Origin: Cyanidioschyzon merolae
Lineage: Eukaryota
Direction: 5' to 3' (one strand)
Length of the DNA: 64,000 nucleotides
NCBI GenBank assembly: GCA_000091205.1
Contig: AP006498.2
Shown in pieces: positions 1-11,197 of this stretch. The translations under genes were made by a program, and so were the position numbers. The notes under the pieces were generated by a model, which saw nothing but the letters and a program-made list of their open reading frames with translations, had not been told where the DNA came from and ran no database searches. Each line of letters begins with the position of its first letter. The stretch's first letter is position 1.

Positions 1-82
1 ATAGCTTTGTACTACCCCTCATGCCACCCTCGTTGCCACGGCACGCGCAGCATCACCGAAGGCACCCCAGGGCATCGCGGCT

Positions 83-1153
83 TTGGCCCGCCTCCAGTCA
101 AGCGCGCGCGCCAATTCGGCAGCGATTCGAAACCGACGCGACGACGCCCGGGCGCTGAGGTGCAATCGTTTTTTCTCGAACGTGAGAAGGCCGTTGCAAG
201 TAACCGCTTCTGTGGGGTGCGCTCGTTCCTCGAACCACATAACGCCTAGACTTGGAATACTTTCAGAAGACAATTTATTCCTAGGAACTGTCTTGCATAT
301 AACATCGTGCTTGTGGAGAGGTTGCGGCGCTACATGGGCGTTTTGTATGGAGCAGCAGAGCCAAAGACCAAGCGACGCCAGCGCCTGGGAGCGAGGAACG
401 CCACAACCTGAAACGAGCCCGCGTGCCGATCTGGCGTCATTGAGGCACGCAGAGGGATATGCAGAAGATCCCTTGTTGTCTACGGAGTTCATCGGTGAGA
501 TCGACGTGGACCAGTTGGTTGCCGAACTGGAGAGCCAGGCGCCACAGCTTCTATCTCAAGGGGGAGGCTTTTTCGCGGAAAGCTCGTTTGGTGAAAGCAC
601 CCGAGGCGCGCCTGAGGCGAGAGAAGTTCCCGGCATACAGCGCGGTACAGTCGCGCCCGCTTATGTGGAAAGGAGCGTTTCTGGTGGCGTCGGTAACGCT
701 GCTGCCTCAACCGGCGCCAGGCGTTACAGCAGTGGCTCCGCAGCAAGCGCCAGCACCAGAGCTGTTGGCCTTGAGACGGCCGAGGTCAGCTCGTTTGAGG
801 TGAGCTCGCTCGGCAAGCGACCTAGTGCGCTGGGCAGCCCATTCTTGCATCGGAGTCGCAGCCTCACGGCAAGTATGGCTGCAGCTGCTGCCGCCGCCGC
901 CGCTGGAGTCGGCTCAAGCGCTGAGTTTCGCCAACAGTTCGAGGAGCGGCTACGCAAGCTTGAGCAAGACTACATGGAACTATGTCGATATGTGAATGAG
1001 ATCCAGGCCAACGTGGCCATAGAAAGACATGTGGAACTCCATCGTTTACAGCGAGATAATGCCGAGCTCGCGGCGCTGAACCGCCGCCTGGCCGAGGAAC
1101 TCGCTCGTATGCAGAAGCGCCTCCAGGAGGGTCACGGCGGAGCCCAGTCGTGA
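83..1153 (+). CDS. hypothetical Ala-rich protein with C-terminal coiled-coil (may start upstream of window or at a later Met)
   Basis: 356-aa ORF; heptad-like C-terminus EERLRKLEQDYMELCRYVNEIQANVAIERHVELHRLQRDNAELAALNRRLAEELARMQKRLQ; poly-Ala tract; no recognisable enzyme family. Confidence 0.3.
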   Translation: MARLQSSARANSAAIRNRRDDARALRCNRFFSNVRRPLQVTASVGCARSSNHITPRLGILSEDNLFLGTVLHITSCLWRGCGATWAFCMEQQSQRPSDASAWERGTPQPETSPRADLASLRHAEGYAEDPLLSTEFIGEIDVDQLVAELESQAPQLLSQGGGFFAESSFGESTRGAPEAREVPGIQRGTVAPAYVERSVSGGVGNAAASTGARRYSSGSAASASTRAVGLETAEVSSFEVSSLGKRPSALGSPFLHRSRSLTASMAAAAAAAAAGVGSSAEFRQQFEERLRKLEQDYMELCRYVNEIQANVAIERHVELHRLQRDNAELAALNRRLAEELARMQKRLQEGHGGAQS

Positions 1154-2119
1154 ACGCGAGCCCCTATTTATACGAACAGGCTGGGATTCCATTGCCGCGG
1201 TTGCCGTCATTGCCATACGTGCACGTGTTTGGGCATGGTAATGCGCTGGAAGGCAAACATGCATTTAAAGAGTGTTTGACAAAACATCACTGCAAAGAAA
1301 GTACTGCCAAAGGCGATTCAGCCAGAGACTCCATGCGCATTGCAGCGTTCGTGTCTTGAGCGGTATGGAGTGCGCTGCCCGCTTTCCAAGACGAACACGC
1401 CTCCGAGTGCGCCGGTGGCTTTCCGCAACTTCAAGCGACACTGTGCTGCCAGAGACGTTGCGCCCAAGATATTAAAAAACAAGGAGCGCAAACGATGTCG
1501 AACGCGCCAACGACCAAGTGCAGTAATCCAGCGTTGAGGCGCTACCCTCTCGAAAAACGGCGACTCGTTGGGAAGCCACCAGCAAAACAACCCTTCTTTG
1601 CGCTCATCCCCGAGGCAATACCTTCTTGCCACGTGACCCGAACGTCGTGCACAGGTCTCAGGTTGCGCTATGCGCCGCTGCAGCTCCTCTACACGGGTAG
1701 CAGCCGTCGTGCACCAGTGTCGCAACCCAGTCCCCTGGGCGACGTTTTCCGCTCTGTCTCACCGCCGTGTCAGCCGCGTGTCAGCTTCGGTGCGCACAGC
1801 TGCTGACCATCACACCCATACATATGCGACTCGAAAGCACTAGGTTGCTTCTATCCCGGGCCCATGAAGCATAACCGCTCTGGCATGCACACCCAGTGCA
1901 CACTGCCGCTCCAGTAGATGCGGCAATTGCATCGATGATGAGCTTGGACTGCTGCTGCAAGGGCGCGCACGACCTCGACGACGACGACGACGACGACAAC
2001 AACCACGCCCGTCGTGGCGTTCGGCTTAGGGCTTTGGGAGCTACCTGTCGTGAGCACGCTACATGCCTAAAGCTTGCAAGGTTTACCGACACTTTTCAGG
2101 TCCTTGATTCGGTGCAACC

Positions 2120-3052
2120 ATGTTCATCTCGTATAGTGTCAGCAGCTTGTGGCGAGTGAGCGATTATGACACGAGCTTCGTGTCATCAACGGGTCCACGC
2201 GCCCCAAATAACGAACGGCAACGGCGGGTAAGCACACGTCCATTTGCGCAGAACTTGCGTCTGGCAGAGGAACCAGTCTGGGATCGCAGACAACTTATGA
2301 AGCAAGCTGGAGTTCTGCTTGAGTTGCTGGCGATAAGCTCTGTTGCATCAGCCAAGGCAGCACAAGTTGCAGACAATCCGCCGACACAGCACACCAGCTG
2401 CCGAGCGGGGACTCCGTTCGCGAAAGTGACCGATAAAGCTCGTTTCGTAGTGCAAATAGGTACAACTAGTGGAAGCGAGCGGCTACCTCTTGTTATAGGG
2501 CTCTTCGGCACCGAGGCGCCTGAAGCGGTCGAGCGTTTCAAGCAACTCGTGGAACAGCGACTGGTGCATCACGGCCGACAACTCGGCTATTCGTATACAA
2601 CGGCGTCGCGCATCATACCTAACCAAAGGATTGAACTGGGTCGTATATCGCAACTGGAGGACTTGGCAACAGCTGATGGTGTCCCACTTCGCCCGAGGAT
2701 GCTGCTCTCCCCGGGGACCCGGGATCGTAACGCACTCCGGCATCGATGTGCTGGGACTGTATCGATTCCGCATGAGCCGGGACGCGGTTTCGAGTTTTGC
2801 ATTCTACCTGTTGATGTATCCGATGAGCATGCATTTGTTCAGGAGCTCGATGCGGAAAATGTTGTCATTGGCTGCGTGATCCAGGGTATGGATACCGTGC
2901 GCCAGCTCAACGAGATTCCAGTGAGTCGACCTACCCCGCGTGACATGCTGCGGCGAGTGGGGCAGGCCCTGGGCGACGTGCGTGCTCGCCAGGATCCAAC
3001 GTGGCGACCGCTGCGTAAAGTACGCATCCTGGAATGCTCCTTAATTCCCTAA
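2120..3052 (+). CDS. divergent cyclophilin-type PPIase-like domain protein (TLP40/CYP38-like pattern)
   Basis: 310-aa ORF; LFGTEAPEAVERFKQLV resembles the cyclophilin ELYG..AP.TVENF segment; GTVSIPHEPGRGFEFCIL resembles G.LSMAN.GPNTNGSQFFIT; VIGCVIQGMDTVRQLNEI resembles VFGRVVEGMDVV; N-terminal extension could be a targeting peptide. Confidence 0.45.
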   Translation: MFISYSVSSLWRVSDYDTSFVSSTGPRAPNNERQRRVSTRPFAQNLRLAEEPVWDRRQLMKQAGVLLELLAISSVASAKAAQVADNPPTQHTSCRAGTPFAKVTDKARFVVQIGTTSGSERLPLVIGLFGTEAPEAVERFKQLVEQRLVHHGRQLGYSYTTASRIIPNQRIELGRISQLEDLATADGVPLRPRMLLSPGTRDRNALRHRCAGTVSIPHEPGRGFEFCILPVDVSDEHAFVQELDAENVVIGCVIQGMDTVRQLNEIPVSRPTPRDMLRRVGQALGDVRARQDPTWRPLRKVRILECSLIP

Positions 3053-4328
3053 GGGATTTGAAGAGATATGGTGATCTCGATTCACAGTGAGCGCGTCCAT
3101 GCATCCTGCTCAGCAAGGCACAGAGGATCTGGGCATTCGAATCTGCGCCAAATGATGGGAGAACAGCTCTTTCGGAGGGAGGACGTCCATGCTCGTGTAT
3201 GCACAGCTTCGATATCTGCTTCCATTTCCCTGAGGAGGGAGGATGCAAATTCAGGAACTTGTCCAAGACGCCGGGTGACGGCTTTATATGAGCGACGGCG
3301 TCGTTGTTTTTGCCTGTGTACATGTTGCGTGGATTCTTCTCCTCTAACGAGTAACAGAGCCTTGGTTGTTCGTCTTCCAAGGTGTTTGTTTAGCAAGCGA
3401 TACGTCTCGCAGAGGAACAGGAACGCAGTCTATATACAAATATGGGGTCAGTGGGAGTCTTCGTGAACCAGCAAGTCGTAAACATGAGACTCGTTTCATG
3501 CTACATGAAACAACGAGTCGATAGTTCGACACAGGGGAAACTTGGATCGTGCATAATTCACTGGAGAACTGAGTGTCAGGAACCGTCCTTTTTCAAGAAC
3601 CGTCTAGGGCAAGGCGGGAAGCGCAAGGGTGCGCTGCGTCCAAGGGCCTCGCGCAACTGGCGGCTGTCCCCCAGTGCCGACGAGGCAGCGATATGCCCCG
3701 ATACCATCTCAAAGTATATTGGAGCTCTGAAAACTCTTGCATATGAAATAGCTCGGGATTCAATCTCTCAACGCCAAGGCGGTATCCAGGTCAACAATGC
3801 ACCCGTCATCCGATCCGTTTATTGCCGGCAAACTGAAACGCGTCGCTTCGCCTGCGAAACGCTACCGCGAAGCTCGCTATGCACTGTCGGCATCCGACGA
3901 GTGACCGACGCGTCAAAAAACGCTCTTCGGGTGACACCTCCTTTTCATGGAACCAACCTGTCCGAGAGAAAGTTTCGGAGTACGGTCGCTTACGGCCTTG
4001 TCCTGGACCGCAGTAGACCCGGTGAAGCGGCACAAGTCAACAGCGCGTACTCCTTGCGCTCATCAGTTCTTGCACTATGTATACTTGGACACAGTGAGCG
4101 CACCCGCTCCGCCAGGGAACCGCAACGAACGTCCATACCTATTTTATGCAGCAGCTGGAAGCCTATGCGTGGGCTCGAACTGAGCCCACACACATCAGCT
4201 GTGAATCCCTCTGGCAGTCGGTCCGCTGACGCTCGTAAGCGGAGACCGCTCCACAGGCACTCAACAGGCCTGATGTCGGCAAATCACAGCCTACCTTTAA
4301 CCGTGCAAGTGACTAGCGCCACGGAACA

Positions 4329-7300
4329 ATGACGTGCAGTTGGGGACAGGTCGCACCCAGCGGCGCTCTTGCCTCAGCGCGAACGTCTAGCAGGTGCACT
4401 CGACTGCCCGTGTTCCAGTGGTGTGCGCAAGAGCCCGCTGCATTGAGCCTAGAGACACCGCCAAAAACCCTCTTTCGTATCACTGGCCCATATCCTGCTT
4501 GGGAGAGAGAGCGCATTCCTCTCGTCTGGCGTACGTGCAGCGGCAGCGGAAAGTGCCTACCCCAAAATACCGCTGCCGCCGTGGTTGCTTCCGCGACTCA
4601 CAACCTCAAGGCCTTCAAACGTTCTGGTTCCCTCGCGCGTCGGCTACGGCTCCTACGACTGTGTCTGCTGACGCAGCCTCTTACGGAAAACGTGCTCTGT
4701 CTTCCGCTCATGTCCGTGGAGGATGTGTCGGACATCGTTTTCGAAGAGGAGAAGCTGAAGTTTGTACAACTCGGCCGCCTCGCTGAACCTTCCATCCGAG
4801 CAGAGGCGGTGCAAAAACCCCGAGGTGTGCTCGATCTCGGAAAGTCTCTGGAAGCAGCTGCGCCAACAGCACCAACAGATGAGCTCTCGGAACGACACTA
4901 CCTCTGGCAGAACCATTGTGTAGTTGCAGCACCGTTGAATGTACTCCTTTTGGCCACTGAGGACCGTCTGGTTCGCCTGCCACTGGCAGAGACGCTTGCT
5001 GCCGCCCAGCAGTACCAGAAACCAGAGCTACTGCGGGAGAACCCGTTTCCCGAATGGGACGAGACCCTACCGGGCAAGAGTGGCCCAGCGAGCACCGTTC
5101 GTTCTGCTCCGTTTGATACGAACACGTTCGGTGCAGTCTGCGACTTGCAGGTAAACGTGGACCTGGCTGTTGTCGCTGTGAATACGACTCGGGGGCGGGT
5201 TCTCCTGTACACGCTCTCCGACTTGCGCTTGGCACGAGTGCTGCCAGATGCGTTTGATCGCTTATGGTGCTGGATACCGGAGACGCCGGCGGGTGCCGTG
5301 CTCACGAGACGAGCGGACCGTTGCGCAGCTGTGGTAGCAGACATCGTCGAAGCATCGACCAAAGCCCAAGTACTCGATGTACCCGCGGTACAGACACTCG
5401 TCATGGTTCCGGGGAGCAATGTTGTGCTGTGCCTCGTGTTCAAGAATCATCAGTGGAGCTGCGTTCGTCTCAGGGTGCGTAGCCAGAGCGTATCAGACGC
5501 TACAAACGTCACAGTGGATTCGCTGGACACGACCGTCTTGCAGACTGCAGGAAAGTTGCAGGCCATCTGCCGAATGACGCCTTTGAATGCCTCCGAGTTC
5601 ATCATCGCGTACACGGAGCAGGACAGTCTACTTGTGTCTCCGGATACGATCCAGTTCGCTCTGGTGCGTCTCGCTGGAGTCGAAACGTCCCTGCGCGGCA
5701 CGCCCGAAGCATCCCAGGTGACATCGTTTCGCGCCCCGCACTGGATCACTTTCGGAGAAGTCTGTCCCATTTTGTTGGATGATGAGGAGGATAGGAGCCG
5801 CTGGTTCACTTTCCTGGTGGCGCTCCCCGGATGGGGTCTTTGTGTGTGCGCGTTGGCACCTAGCGATGAACTGGAGCTTTTGGGAGATAGCCGCTTTCAA
5901 GAATCCGTGCCAGCTTGGCGTATTTTGCGTCCGCCTGACGCGTACCGAGCACAGTTACCCGCTTTCGAGAACAGTGAGTATGTGCGGATTCTCGGCATGG
6001 ATGTGTTCTACCGAAAGAGCAGTGCGAGCGGGGACACACCCAGCGCTGAGGTTTTCGAGCCACTCCTTGTCGTCTTTACGAACAACGGACTTGTACATTG
6101 GTTTTGTCTCCAGGGACGGGAGCGTTGTGCTGAGCGTCCCCCTCGAGAAAAAACATGGGCTCGTGCACCCTTCTCGAAACGCTTGCTTACGTTGCCGCCG
6201 GCCACGACGACGACTTTGGAACTGCGTGAATCTGCATTGGACGATGTTGCGGCATCGCGGCGAGTCCCTGCTGCTGCGGACGTTGCCACGAGTACCGGTA
6301 CGGCCACTAGGGCTCCTAGAGATGTTGCCACTGCCACCGGAACTGAAGGCGCTACTACCCGGACTGGTACGCATGCGACTGCCGCATGGAACCAAGCACC
6401 CCCGCGGATGGAAATGTCGCTATCCGAATCCACGTCAGGAGCGCTCCCTGAGCAAGGCAGACATCAGATAGATCCGGAACGTTCCGTTTTAGGCTCTAGA
6501 CAAGAGACGGAGTACCTGAAGCATTCAGCGGAACACCGCACGCATTTTTCGAGCGAAGCCAGCCGAGCGGAACAGCACCAGCTCGTGAAATCCATCCTGC
6601 AGCTTGGTGTCACGGACACAGAGGCGGTACCAGTTCCCGACGCAGATATCCGTCATGACGATGAACAAAACATATTGAAACAAATTCGTGAACAACAGCG
6701 ATTCATGCTGCGACAGATGTGGGCGACCGTGGATCAGTTCGCACGGCTGGTTGACTTGTTTTCCGATCAAGTCGAGGAACAATCGTCTCGAATGGACGCT
6801 TCGCCACAGCACGCCGCCCAGACGGCGTCGACACGCTCGCTACAGAGCCTCAGTGAACAAATTCATGACATTCTGAAACAGAGCAACGAATGTCTTGATC
6901 AGTGTGCGGCATCCATAGGGCTTGTCTGGAAACAGGTGGCACCGCTCGAGCGTCAAGTTCAGCTGATGCAGCGGGAAGCTACCTTATCGGTTGCGTCCAC
7001 GGACTCGGACCTTGCACTCGATTCCTCGACCAGGCGGTTCCTTCAACACGTGCACCAGATTGAACGTCAGGCGGAACGAGTGCAGGAGATGGTGGACCAC
7101 CTTGAACGCCTCCTGAGGAGTAGGCACGGGGGCGCGAGTTTGTCATCACACCAACGGACTCTGTCATCAACCGGCGTCACGGAAGCGATGGGACAATTAC
7201 GATACCAATACGGGGAACGGCTGCGGCAGCTGTACGAGACGCTCTTCCGATGCAGCGTAGCCACTGCGCAAGCGGAGCAAGCATGGGAAGCCCTTGCAGC

Positions 7301-9521
7301 GCGAGCACAACGCATCTCCGAACTGTTACAGGATGAGAGGTTGCCGGCAGCACGGGCGGCGCTCCAGCGACTACTCTCACAGAACGACGACCAGGAACAG
7401 CAGTTTTACTCGGAGTTGTTCGCAGACAAGTTTCTGGTGCCACCAGGTGCACCCCTGTTGAGGAACGCACCCGACACCAGTTCCGACAGCAGAGCGAGCC
7501 CGACGTTCCCCAGAGCTGAGACGACGCTTCCGTCGTCGCTGCGATGCAGTCGTAGTGCCTTGCAAAACAGAGTGCGGCAAGCACTGCGTCATCAAGCATT
7601 GAAACAAGGTCGTGATGCTATTGGTCTCGCGGGGCTGCAAACAATTCAGCACTACGCGAGGAGCTGGAGTGTCTCATCAACCCCGGATCCGTCACCAGGG
7701 GCTTCCTTGTCACGTTCGTGTCGTCGCAGCGAGCCTCCTAGCAGCCAGACCAGATCACCGTCGCAGCGTCTCGAGTTGCGACAGACAGCAGATGCGAAAA
7801 CTTTCCCCGAGGGAGCGTCCGTCGCTCATGCATCTGCAGCAGCAGTTACCGTCACTGGAACCCAAGCACGCGATCCGGGTATGCATCCTGATCGGAAAGC
7901 AGACGAGATATCTGTGCGAAGGACACTTTCGATCGAGCGACCAGGTGCTGGTGAAATAGGATCGGAGCATCCCAGTGCTTCATCGTCGATCACGGTGCCA
8001 TGGCGTTTGAAAACGCCGTCGCAAGCGTCCGCCAGTCAAGCGCCTGCCTCCAATGATGCTCCTGCTACCTCTAATGACGCCCAACGTGTACGGCCTCAGA
8101 ATGGGATCGCATCGTCGAGAGAGCAAGCGCCGGAGCAGCTCGGTCATGATCTGAACCCTCTGGCGAAAGAGCAACACCGAGGGAAAGCAGCGAACGCTGG
8201 TTTCGAAGATGCGCTGCAAGCGGTATCTAGTCTCGAGATGTCCAGCAAAACAGAAAGCAAGACGCCGCGCGATACCTGCCAGCCATCTGCCGATATTGAA
8301 GCGAAACCAGCAACAGGCACCGGACTCCAGGAAACAGCACAACGGAAATCTGCAGGTTCACCAGTGCAAGTTTCCTGGACCAGAACACCGCAGAGCTCGC
8401 AGCCGCTCGAGGCTTACCCGAGTACGTCGTTTCGAAGCACTGCTGCTGCTGCTGCTGCTGCTGCCGGCAAGTTTGACGCCAATGAACGCAGCGATACGAA
8501 TTTGCCTGTATCTCGTTTACCAGAGGAAACGGAACCTGAACAAGCCAAAAGCGAGACTTGGGCATCGAAACACGCGGAACAAACGCTTGCTTCCGATACC
8601 CAAACCGCAGCGCAGCGTATAGAAACGACCACATCGCTCATGATGCAGCCAGGCGTTGCATCGACAAAGCCAGAGCCGAGGACGAAAGACATCACCGCAA
8701 GCGCCTCCACTGAAGACGACACCAACAGTCGGATAGATCGTGCATCGGACTCGGTAGCGCTGGCATTGTCGCCATCGTCAGCACCGAGCGCAACGCAAGC
8801 GCCAACACCCGTCGTACCCGGGAAGCAGTCCAGTGAAACCGGTGCCGCCAATCTACCAGCGTTACCCGCCTCTACGCCTTTCGAGGGCATACATGCGTCA
8901 GAGAACGTACCACAGGTGCCTGAGGGTGCTCGTGCCGCCATCCAGTTCGGGCTGGTGCATCGTGAGCCTCCAGAGCGCCCCGCAGCACAGCATACCACCT
9001 CGACGACTGGGTTCTTCGCGGGCCCATCGGTGTTCACGAATCAAGCTCCGAAACCAGTATTCGGTGCACCTTCTACCCTGGGGAGTGGGTTTGGGTTCAA
9101 TGCACTGACACCGGGGTTTCCAGCTGCAAGCAGCAGCAGCAGCAGCAGCAGCAGCATCCCAAGTACAGCGAGTTCGGTATTCGCCGCGCCTGCTACGACC
9201 TCACCTGTGACGTTTGGTCAGTCGCTGGGCACGGGTACCGGAACGCCGCTGTCGTTTGGGGCACTCGCACAGGCACCGCAACCTCCGAGTAACCCGTTTG
9301 GAGCACAGCCTGCTACACCAGGTGCGTTCGGAGCCCAGGGGCCAACGAACCCTCGTCCAGTGGGGTTTGGGTTCGCCACTGTTGGCGCCCCGAACGACGC
9401 GGTATCCACTGGGAGCCAGCCGCCCCGTGACAACACCAGTTGGTTCGGTGGCGTATCGGCTGCAGCTGGAACGAATCGCCGTCCGCTGCAGTCACCAGCT
9501 TTCACCCAACGTCGAGCTTGA
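4329..9521 (+). CDS. FG-nucleoporin, Nup214/Nup159-like (N-terminal folded region, central coiled-coil, C-terminal FG repeats); probable true start near 4710 (MSVEDV...)
   Basis: 1730-aa uninterrupted ORF; central region rich in heptad-like Q/E/L/R segments; C-terminal 250 aa dense in FG, GFGF, PFG, SFG, FGA motifs (FGAPSTLGSGFGFNALTPGF ... PLSFGALAQ ... NPFGAQP ... GAFGAQ ... VGFGFATVGAP); Ser/Ala/Thr-rich linker; (CAG)n and (GCT)n tracts encode poly-S and poly-A. Confidence 0.6.
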   Translation: MTCSWGQVAPSGALASARTSSRCTRLPVFQWCAQEPAALSLETPPKTLFRITGPYPAWERERIPLVWRTCSGSGKCLPQNTAAAVVASATHNLKAFKRSGSLARRLRLLRLCLLTQPLTENVLCLPLMSVEDVSDIVFEEEKLKFVQLGRLAEPSIRAEAVQKPRGVLDLGKSLEAAAPTAPTDELSERHYLWQNHCVVAAPLNVLLLATEDRLVRLPLAETLAAAQQYQKPELLRENPFPEWDETLPGKSGPASTVRSAPFDTNTFGAVCDLQVNVDLAVVAVNTTRGRVLLYTLSDLRLARVLPDAFDRLWCWIPETPAGAVLTRRADRCAAVVADIVEASTKAQVLDVPAVQTLVMVPGSNVVLCLVFKNHQWSCVRLRVRSQSVSDATNVTVDSLDTTVLQTAGKLQAICRMTPLNASEFIIAYTEQDSLLVSPDTIQFALVRLAGVETSLRGTPEASQVTSFRAPHWITFGEVCPILLDDEEDRSRWFTFLVALPGWGLCVCALAPSDELELLGDSRFQESVPAWRILRPPDAYRAQLPAFENSEYVRILGMDVFYRKSSASGDTPSAEVFEPLLVVFTNNGLVHWFCLQGRERCAERPPREKTWARAPFSKRLLTLPPATTTTLELRESALDDVAASRRVPAAADVATSTGTATRAPRDVATATGTEGATTRTGTHATAAWNQAPPRMEMSLSESTSGALPEQGRHQIDPERSVLGSRQETEYLKHSAEHRTHFSSEASRAEQHQLVKSILQLGVTDTEAVPVPDADIRHDDEQNILKQIREQQRFMLRQMWATVDQFARLVDLFSDQVEEQSSRMDASPQHAAQTASTRSLQSLSEQIHDILKQSNECLDQCAASIGLVWKQVAPLERQVQLMQREATLSVASTDSDLALDSSTRRFLQHVHQIERQAERVQEMVDHLERLLRSRHGGASLSSHQRTLSSTGVTEAMGQLRYQYGERLRQLYETLFRCSVATAQAEQAWEALAARAQRISELLQDERLPAARAALQRLLSQNDDQEQQFYSELFADKFLVPPGAPLLRNAPDTSSDSRASPTFPRAETTLPSSLRCSRSALQNRVRQALRHQALKQGRDAIGLAGLQTIQHYARSWSVSSTPDPSPGASLSRSCRRSEPPSSQTRSPSQRLELRQTADAKTFPEGASVAHASAAAVTVTGTQARDPGMHPDRKADEISVRRTLSIERPGAGEIGSEHPSASSSITVPWRLKTPSQASASQAPASNDAPATSNDAQRVRPQNGIASSREQAPEQLGHDLNPLAKEQHRGKAANAGFEDALQAVSSLEMSSKTESKTPRDTCQPSADIEAKPATGTGLQETAQRKSAGSPVQVSWTRTPQSSQPLEAYPSTSFRSTAAAAAAAAGKFDANERSDTNLPVSRLPEETEPEQAKSETWASKHAEQTLASDTQTAAQRIETTTSLMMQPGVASTKPEPRTKDITASASTEDDTNSRIDRASDSVALALSPSSAPSATQAPTPVVPGKQSSETGAANLPALPASTPFEGIHASENVPQVPEGARAAIQFGLVHREPPERPAAQHTTSTTGFFAGPSVFTNQAPKPVFGAPSTLGSGFGFNALTPGFPAASSSSSSSSSIPSTASSVFAAPATTSPVTFGQSLGTGTGTPLSFGALAQAPQPPSNPFGAQPATPGAFGAQGPTNPRPVGFGFATVGAPNDAVSTGSQPPRDNTSWFGGVSAAAGTNRRPLQSPAFTQRRA
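9131..9155. repeat. (CAG)8 trinucleotide microsatellite inside nucleoporin CDS (encodes poly-Ser)
   Basis: cagcagcagcagcagcagcagcagc read directly. Confidence 0.9.
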
Positions 9522-10063
9522 GCGGATGCAACGTTTCTTGCTCCTGCTCAGCGGGTACAGCGCACCCCGTCTAGTACGAGGAAACAGTGAGCGCGTCTGT
9601 ATCCCAGACTGCTGCTGCTTCGGATACGTCCAGGGCAGCATCGGTTATGTTCGCGGGCGCACGATACGTTCTACGTTGAACGACTTGCTTAAAGTCATGT
9701 TTCGTTCTCCTCCTTGTTCTGCTTCTTAACCGAGGGCGTGGTGCGTCCGTCCATGTCCGTGCCAAGGGCGGTTCATGCGCCTTCGGCACCGAAATCCAGG
9801 TGCATCACATCGTTCCACGCTTGTGACAGTATGCTTGGACGCAACCAAGGTACCGCTACTGAACGAGACACGGTACTGGAACGTGGTCATTTCCTACAGC
9901 AGGGGCAGCGTGTCACCCACAAAAGGTCCATCCGCGGTTCGTAGCGACCTTTTTTCGCACGCTCAACCGAGCATACATCTCCTAGGTTTGTGCTGTGGGT
10001 GCCTCTGAGGACAAAAGCTCCAAACGTGAGAAGCTTGAGGCGTTGGCAGTGCCGTTCATCGCC

Positions 10064-11197
10064 TTATGAGGACCATCTTCGTTTCGCAGCCTCTTGGTCA
10101 GGCTGCCAATACCAGCTGGGTGCCTGCAAACGCTCTAATGCGGCCGGGTTGTAACGATAGTTCAGAAACAGTTCTTCATCCTGCAAATCGCGCAAAGCGA
10201 TGAGAACGACGCCCGGAATTTCGGTTAGAGACATGTTATCCTGGTGCCCAAGCGAATCGAACCAGTGGCGAAACCGAGACCAGAGCATCGACGTAGGTCC
10301 AAGTATCCCGGATGACAGCTGCCGATACTTCGTAAATAGTCGATTGGGGATAAAGGAAAGCAGGCTCGGTTCCAGACGCTGCAAATCGAAATTCCATGCA
10401 CAAGGCATGACGTTCGCTTCCCGTCCTCGAGGCGGGTGGTTAACGCGGTGACCCAGCGCGTACGGGTTGAGGCCCACCCAACACTCATGGAGCGATTCAG
10501 TTTGCCGCGTATGTCGGACAACGCTCTCAAGTGCATGATCAAGGATCGGTATATTCATGAGCCCACGTGACACTTCGAGGTTCGGATTTGCGTCGACAAT
10601 TACACGATCGTAGCGGGCGAATAGGTACGGATTCTGGGCTGTGATGTACGGGTACCCGGGTATCGAGGTCCAGTGCCGGACCCTGTACGCAATGCCCGGA
10701 TAGAATGCAACAACGGAACCCATGCGGGCGTGCCCGTTCAAGATGACACCATATCCTGCATTGACATTGGATTGGCTCGGGCGCAAACTCAAGGTGAAGG
10801 CTGGCCCGCTCGTAGCCGCAGAGGCGCTAGTTGGCATACTCGCTGCTGCTGCAAGTAGATTGTGTACTTGACGTGCATTGACCCGTTCTATCAAGCGTGA
10901 CTGGGCGCCCTGATCATCAAGTATGTGCTGTGGAGAGTCTGTCTTCATTTCGAGAGAAGCGGAATGCTTCCAAACCGATAAGGCACGGCGAAACATGAGG
11001 AGTGGACTGCTTGCGCGCGTTGCCTGCTCCGCCGACGAAACTATTTCCTGAGCGAGCGCCCGCGCCTGTTCGAAGCCTTTTTCATAAGATACTGCGAGAA
11101 GAAAGAGCTGCATGTTATCGCGTTGGTGTTGTAGCTCGCGCCAGTTCGTCTGGCGCTCGCTCAGCGCGTCGACGAGACGCGTCCATAGCCGTCGCAT
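10064..11197 (-). CDS. SET-domain protein (putative protein lysine methyltransferase, SETD/LSMT-like)
   Basis: 377-aa ORF; GYGVILNGHARMGSVVAFYPG (SET N-region GxG), LGHRVNHPPRGREANV (NHSCxPN-like motif), EELFLNYRYN (ELTxxY-like post-SET motif) in the correct order. Confidence 0.45.
   Translation of the reverse strand: MRRLWTRLVDALSERQTNWRELQHQRDNMQLFLLAVSYEKGFEQARALAQEIVSSAEQATRASSPLLMFRRALSVWKHSASLEMKTDSPQHILDDQGAQSRLIERVNARQVHNLLAAAASMPTSASAATSGPAFTLSLRPSQSNVNAGYGVILNGHARMGSVVAFYPGIAYRVRHWTSIPGYPYITAQNPYLFARYDRVIVDANPNLEVSRGLMNIPILDHALESVVRHTRQTESLHECWVGLNPYALGHRVNHPPRGREANVMPCAWNFDLQRLEPSLLSFIPNRLFTKYRQLSSGILGPTSMLWSRFRHWFDSLGHQDNMSLTEIPGVVLIALRDLQDEELFLNYRYNPAALERLQAPSWYWQPDQEAAKRRWSS

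Noticed and set aside
3442-4332. 296-aa ORF immediately upstream of the nucleoporin gene
   Set aside because: Low-complexity, Arg/Ser-rich translation without domain signal; overlaps other-frame ORFs; most likely 5' flank/UTR of the Nup gene in GC-rich DNA.
10245-10270. B-box-like GGTTCGATTCGC (reverse strand) suggesting a tRNA
   Set aside because: Lies inside the SET-domain CDS; no complementary acceptor stem and the T-stem does not pair; one mismatch to the B-box consensus.
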